The position numbers and the translations under genes are program-made. This document shows positions 18,080-22,757 of a stretch of 25,617 nucleotides of DNA, in pieces. Source of the DNA: Candidatus Hermodarchaeota archaeon (GTDB lineage: Archaea; Asgardarchaeota; Thorarchaeia; Thorarchaeales; Thorarchaeaceae). The stretch's first letter is position 1. Every line of letters begins with the position of its first letter. Where the stretch lies: positions 1 through 25,617 of the forward strand of contig JBHLLF010000037.1 of NCBI GenBank assembly GCA_048885865.1, written 5' to 3'. The notes under the pieces were generated by a model. It ran no database searches. It saw only the letters and a list, made by a program, of their open reading frames with translations, and was not told where the DNA came from.

Positions 18080-18753
18080 TAGTCAGTCACCTCCTCACTG
18101 ACTTCCGCCTCAGGAGTTTCTTCTGGGGTCTCTTCAGGCTCCGGAAGCTCTTCTGGCTCAGGCTCAGGTTCTTCAGGTTCTGGTGCTGCTTCGATGCCAA
18201 ACTCGGCAACTATACCCTTCATCAGTTCTGCCTTATCCATCTTCATGAGCGCGATGACACCCACGAGAGATGTCACAATGATGAGTGCAATGAGTTGAAC
18301 ATAGATTCCGTGATCACCCCACAGCCACTCAGCGAGAAGAGCCACGTTGTTTGAAGCGTCTATTGTGCCTTCTGGAATTGTGTCACTCCATGGGAAGGTC
18401 AGGGCTAGAATTGCAGAGAGAAACACTATGGAGCCAGATACAAGTATACCAACCTTCTTTGCACGGGGCGACTCAATTGACTCGAGTGTGGAATCTTGTG
18501 CTCTTGGCAGCAGGAGAACACCGAATATGATCAACGCACTTATGCCTCCAGTATACACCGCAATCTGCATACCAGCAACAAAAGGTGCTTCCAACAAAAG
18601 GAAGAATCCAGCTACAAATGACGCCATGAACCCAAAGAAGAATGCAGCATAGACAATCTCTCTGTGCTCCAGAGCGAGGTAAGCTAGAACAATTACAATT
18701 CCTGCGATCAACAGAAACTCAACCGACTCGAATGCAGACTCAAATCCTTGCAT
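18079..18753 (-). CDS. nuoJ: Complex I-like subunit J with a Glu/Pro-rich tail
   Basis: IVYAAFF, LEAPFVAGMQIAVYTGGI signature, 5 TM helices, and a PEPEEPEPEPEE tail. Confidence 0.9.
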   Translation of the reverse strand: MQGFESAFESVEFLLIAGIVIVLAYLALEHREIVYAAFFFGFMASFVAGFFLLLEAPFVAGMQIAVYTGGISALIIFGVLLLPRAQDSTLESIESPRAKKVGILVSGSIVFLSAILALTFPWSDTIPEGTIDASNNVALLAEWLWGDHGIYVQLIALIIVTSLVGVIALMKMDKAELMKGIVAEFGIEAAPEPEEPEPEPEELPEPEETPEETPEAEVSEEVTD

Positions 18754-19211
18754 TAGTGATGTTCCCTCCCTGCTGTGTGTGGCTCTTCGAGATGTCTGGC
18801 TTTTGCAGCTCGATATGCCTCGAGAGTTTCCTTACCATCAAGTGAGGTTTGAGGCAGATACCTCATCGCGTATCCAATTGCACCCATGATAATCACAACA
18901 AAGATGAAAGTCTGCCAAGCGACTACTGGGTTCAACCGTAGCGGAGATACAGTAAGCAACCAGAGAAATGCGCCCATCACGTCTATGATGACAAAGAGAA
19001 TTGTATAGATGATGTAACTGTAGGGAAATGACATCCGTGCTGGTCCTATTGGCTCCTCTCCGCATTCATATGTAGATGTCTTCTCAGAGTTTTGAAGTAT
19101 ATGGGGCCGCAGAACCCATGATGCCAATAGCATGATCACAATCAGGACAATTACAAGAATGGCCCACACTAAGACTGGGATGAATTGGAGAAACAGCCTA
19201 TCTGTCTGCAA
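18753..19211 (-). CDS. nuoA: Complex I-like subunit A
   Basis: KTSTYECGEEPIG signature, LFVIID, 3 TM helices. GGAGG upstream of the TTG start. Confidence 0.92.
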   Translation of the reverse strand: MQTDRLFLQFIPVLVWAILVIVLIVIMLLASWVLRPHILQNSEKTSTYECGEEPIGPARMSFPYSYIIYTILFVIIDVMGAFLWLLTVSPLRLNPVVAWQTFIFVVIIMGAIGYAMRYLPQTSLDGKETLEAYRAAKARHLEEPHTAGREHH

Positions 19212-19554
19212 TCTTCAAGACCCTCCTAGGTCCGTTCTAGAATGAAAAACCTTCGAGCCACCTAGAATGGATGGAACCATTCCAAACACATTCTTCCGGA
19301 ATCCTTTGTCCATAGCAGTCAAGCTCCAACCTTTGTTAGGTGACGTATTCCAGGTCCAATCGTGTACACGACAGCCAAGATTATTTCCAAAACCATCAAG
19401 GCTGGTTGCCTTATGGTGTGGACTACCTTGTGCTGCGAAGGTCGGCGTACAAAGTAGCATGATAAAAAGGCTTCGACCAGTTTCCCTCAAAGGGCTTAAA
19501 TAGAGCACATATTCCAGATGGAAACAGTTTACCGACAAGATACAGGTGATACAA

Positions 19555-19905
19555 TTGTCATACAAAGAAGAGGGTACATTCTTCTACTACCTCGCGCTTC
19601 TAATCGGAATGGGATTCATTGGAGCATACTTCTGGATCATCTTGACTGTGGCACCAATAGATCTCAACTTCCAATACTTCATCTTCTTGAGTGGGCTGTT
19701 CTTCGTAGTAGCGACTCTTAGTATTGCATATGCAGCAACACGCAGTGGACGAATAGGTGCCACGATGGCCTCCGGTATCTTCGGTGGCGTACATGCCTAT
19801 TTGGATATAACTCAGTACACGGACCTAGCAGGTATTCTCCTCTTTGCATGGGTTGCCTTCGGTCTGCTGCTAGCCTTTGCTGCGTTTGCTTGGCTTCGTG
19901 AATGA
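19555..19905 (+). CDS. Hypothetical 4-TM membrane protein (paralog of 20005-20550)
   Basis: Four hydrophobic helices. TTG at 19555 follows GGTGA (track start GTG 19546). TTAAATA box at about 19496-19502. Motif-level similarity to the neighbouring gene. Confidence 0.8.
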   Translation: MSYKEEGTFFYYLALLIGMGFIGAYFWIILTVAPIDLNFQYFIFLSGLFFVVATLSIAYAATRSGRIGATMASGIFGGVHAYLDITQYTDLAGILLFAWVAFGLLLAFAAFAWLRE

Positions 19906-20004
19906 GAGCCTATGCTCTCATCGCAAGCCTTCCCATTTTAGAACGAACTAGACATAACTAAGAATAACTCGGCATATGAGAATTGAAGATCCTTAGGTGA
20001 CCAT

Positions 20005-20550
20005 CTATTCAGTAGGAGCTTCCTCGGGTGATTCAGTTGATTCTTCAGCTGCGTCACTAGATTCTAGTTCAGGTGCCGCTTCTGACTCGGCTTCACCCTC
20101 ACTGGCTTCCTCTCCCACTGACTCAGGCTTAGGCTCAGGCTCAGGTACCGGCTTGTATTTGTAGTCGCTGACTTCCATAATTCCTGGAGTCACACTTACC
20201 TCCATTGGATCCAGCATTGAGAAGCCACCAGCCAGAAGGATTGCGCCGCCCATTCCCCAGGATGCATAGATGATGTCACTGCCAAAGTAGACCAAGGCAT
20301 AGATTGTGTAGAGAACTCCAATGACAATTGCCATCGAGAGCATGTTGACCTTTATCCTGCCTCGCTTCGGTCTGAAGTATCCTACGAGAAAGAACACCAT
20401 TACCAGCGGACCGCCAGCCATGAATGGGAAGTGCAGCGCCATTGCGGTATCGGCAATAGAAGCTAGCAGGAGGTCGAAGACATACGCACTTAGAATAATT
20501 GTGCCAATCAGTAGCATGCAGTACTGGTCACTGTCTTCACGCAATTTCAT
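20005..20550 (-). CDS. Hypothetical 4-TM membrane protein with an acidic tail
   Basis: ATGA overlap with the FAD-NuoB stop suggests translational coupling. Four TM helices and an E/P/S-rich C-terminus. Confidence 0.82.
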   Translation of the reverse strand: MKLREDSDQYCMLLIGTIILSAYVFDLLLASIADTAMALHFPFMAGGPLVMVFFLVGYFRPKRGRIKVNMLSMAIVIGVLYTIYALVYFGSDIIYASWGMGGAILLAGGFSMLDPMEVSVTPGIMEVSDYKYKPVPEPEPKPESVGEEASEGEAESEAAPELESSDAAEESTESPEEAPTE

Positions 20551-22487
20551 TGAATCATCCCCATTGCGTCCTGGTTCTCATACTTCAGCTGCCAGTGTGT
20601 AGTACCTGCACGAATCTTGTTCTGAAGTATCAAATGAGCCCTGACGAAGTCAGATGGCTTAGGGGGACAGCCGGGCAAATAGACGTCGACAGGGACTACG
20701 GACTCAGGTGGAACCTGCAGCGAATATCCGTCCCAAAAAACGCCCCCACTGGCTGCACACTGTCCGAAGGCAATCACGAACTTGGGGTCTGGCATCATCT
20801 CGTAGACTCTTCGAAGTCGTGGAGCCATCTTCTTTGTTAGAGACCCAGATATCCATAGCACATCACACTGACGCGGGCCAAATAGTGGGAGCATCCCGAA
20901 TCGTTCAAAGTCCCATCTTGACGCAATTCCAGCTGCACCATCCACCATGCAACATCCTAATCCGTATTGCACTGGCCATGGACTATGCGCTCGGCCCCAT
21001 CGCAGCATCCACTTGAGCGGCGGCAGGTTCTGGAGCCACTTCAGAAGTATTGGAGCAATCCTGCCAAACCCATTCCTGAATAGGTCATAGAATATCCAGA
21101 GGAAGTACTTACCAAACTTGAGAATAAGTGGTAGCCAATAGGCAAACACCTTCCCAGGGTTTGATATCTCCTTCTTGTCGTACTTGAGCTTTGCTGCACG
21201 AATCTTTGCCAATCGCTGTTTTCCAAAGTACTGACTAGCTTGGTTTGCAAACCAGATTCCCGTGGAGTGTGCGTGACCGCCGTGTCTCTGTGCAATCTTG
21301 AAGACGACAAAGCTCTGAGCCCATGATAACATGAAGAACCTGCGGCGCTCATCTTCGAGGAAATAACCCATCATAGTGACGGCATTTGGTGAGTTGACAT
21401 AGCCGTCAATGCCAGCTTGCGCAGATCCTTGCTCAAATTGCCAATCATCCAGTATTGCTGTGAGGTTCTCAAGGGGAGCAAATGCTTGGCCAACGACGAG
21501 GGTGGGACCAGCCTTCTTGACTCGCATTGGATAGAAGCGGTCATGCCATTCGTGAGCAGCGACATGCTCATCGTAGACAGTTCCCTTGTACATCTCCGTG
21601 ACTTCTTCAACAACTCTCAAGCCTTCTGCAATCTCCTCCTCATCTCCATCGTATGCAACCATAATGCTGCCGTGATGAACAGGGAATGGGAACTTCTCTT
21701 CACTGTCCCAAATCTTCTTCTTCAAGTCAGTGTATTTGGACTCTTCAAACTTAATCGTGAATGGAAGAGGGCCATCTTCGAGTATCTTCTCAATGGCATG
21801 GACCATCAGATAATTCTCAGGGAAACTTGACACGATTACCTTGATCGGTGTGAGAGGCTTGATCTTCAGGGTGACCTTTGTAATTATTCCGAGGATTCCT
21901 TCGGTGTCGCAGAATAGGTCACAGTCCTTACTTTTGACAATCTTGCCAGTCGGTAAGACCACCTCAAAAGCTACGACATTCTTGTTAATGTTTCCGTACT
22001 TGAGAGAGCCAATTCCATCGCCGCCCTGTGCAACCCATCCACCAATGGTTGCTGAGAGTCCAGAAGAGGGATAACAACGCAAATCGAAGTTCTTTCGGTT
22101 CAACTCGAATTGCAGGTTCGCCCATGAGAGTCCTGGTTCAACGGTGACGGTCATGTTTTCTTCATCAATTTCAACAACCTTGTCCATAACACGCATGTCA
22201 ACTATGATGCCGCCCTTACGAGGAATAGCACCACCATATCCTGAAGTGCCCGCCCCCCTTGGTACAAGAGGGACCTTGTACTTGTTTGCGAACTTGTAAA
22301 GGAATTTAATCTCTTCAGGGGTTTGAGGCTGAACAATCGCGTCAGGCTTGACGTTCATTAACCAGCCCACTTGTTTGGGCAAAGAACCAACATCCATGCC
22401 ATGGATTACGAGCTCATGCTTCTCTGTGATCACGCGGTCTTCATAGACCTCAGCGAGTTCCGTCACTAGCTTTGGCTTCAGTGTCAT
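20547..22487 (-). CDS. nuoB: Fusion of a GlcD/D-lactate dehydrogenase-type FAD-linked oxidoreductase with complex I subunit B
   Basis: N-terminal part: VPRGAGTSGYGG, VTVEPG, PSS..ATIGGWVA, LKYG, TEGILGIITKVTLK, ISNPGK. C-terminal part: GLGCC, DFERFG, PRQCD, KMAPRLRRVYEMMPDPKFVIAFGQCAASGG, VDVYLPGCPPKP. One uninterrupted frame. ATG at 22487 (track start TTG 22502). Confidence 0.93.
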   Translation of the reverse strand: MTLKPKLVTELAEVYEDRVITEKHELVIHGMDVGSLPKQVGWLMNVKPDAIVQPQTPEEIKFLYKFANKYKVPLVPRGAGTSGYGGAIPRKGGIIVDMRVMDKVVEIDEENMTVTVEPGLSWANLQFELNRKNFDLRCYPSSGLSATIGGWVAQGGDGIGSLKYGNINKNVVAFEVVLPTGKIVKSKDCDLFCDTEGILGIITKVTLKIKPLTPIKVIVSSFPENYLMVHAIEKILEDGPLPFTIKFEESKYTDLKKKIWDSEEKFPFPVHHGSIMVAYDGDEEEIAEGLRVVEEVTEMYKGTVYDEHVAAHEWHDRFYPMRVKKAGPTLVVGQAFAPLENLTAILDDWQFEQGSAQAGIDGYVNSPNAVTMMGYFLEDERRRFFMLSWAQSFVVFKIAQRHGGHAHSTGIWFANQASQYFGKQRLAKIRAAKLKYDKKEISNPGKVFAYWLPLILKFGKYFLWIFYDLFRNGFGRIAPILLKWLQNLPPLKWMLRWGRAHSPWPVQYGLGCCMVDGAAGIASRWDFERFGMLPLFGPRQCDVLWISGSLTKKMAPRLRRVYEMMPDPKFVIAFGQCAASGGVFWDGYSLQVPPESVVPVDVYLPGCPPKPSDFVRAHLILQNKIRAGTTHWQLKYENQDAMGMIQ

Positions 22488-22545
22488 GTGGACTCTCTCC
22501 AAGAGACGAAGCTGCTCTCAGGTCACGGTCGTGGAATCATGCTCC

Positions 22546-22694
22546 ATAAAAACCTAGCGAGAAGGACTAGTTATCAATTCCATGCTTTATCGAGTTGCCA
22601 ATTATCTAGCTCACAGTATCATGAATTCGGTAATTTCACTAAAATAATAAAAGAAACAAAAAGGCGGATATAGATTACCAATTGTAATATAAAT
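22546..22694. promoter_or_regulatory. AT-rich divergent promoter region
   Basis: TTTTTAT on the minus strand (22546-22552), TATAAAT on the plus strand (22688-22694), and an imperfect palindrome at 22668-22694. Confidence 0.4.
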
Positions 22695-22757
22695 GAATCA
22701 TTGGACGGGCAGTGTGCCTAGAAGCTTCGATAAAGAAGACCCCCAGGTGGCATACCA

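Noticed and set aside
19215-19565. 116-aa minus ORF and 78-aa plus ORF (19267-19503) upstream of nuoA
   Set aside because: No motif or convincing RBS, and they overlap promoter-like elements. A small protein cannot be fully excluded.
7593-22074. Numerous short plus-strand and alternate-frame ORFs over the nuo genes
   Set aside because: They overlap well-supported genes and show no recognisable motifs. Antisense ORFs are expected opposite hydrophobic coding sequence.
22488-22673. 61-aa ORF in the intergenic region
   Set aside because: Lies in AT-rich divergent promoter DNA with no coding features.
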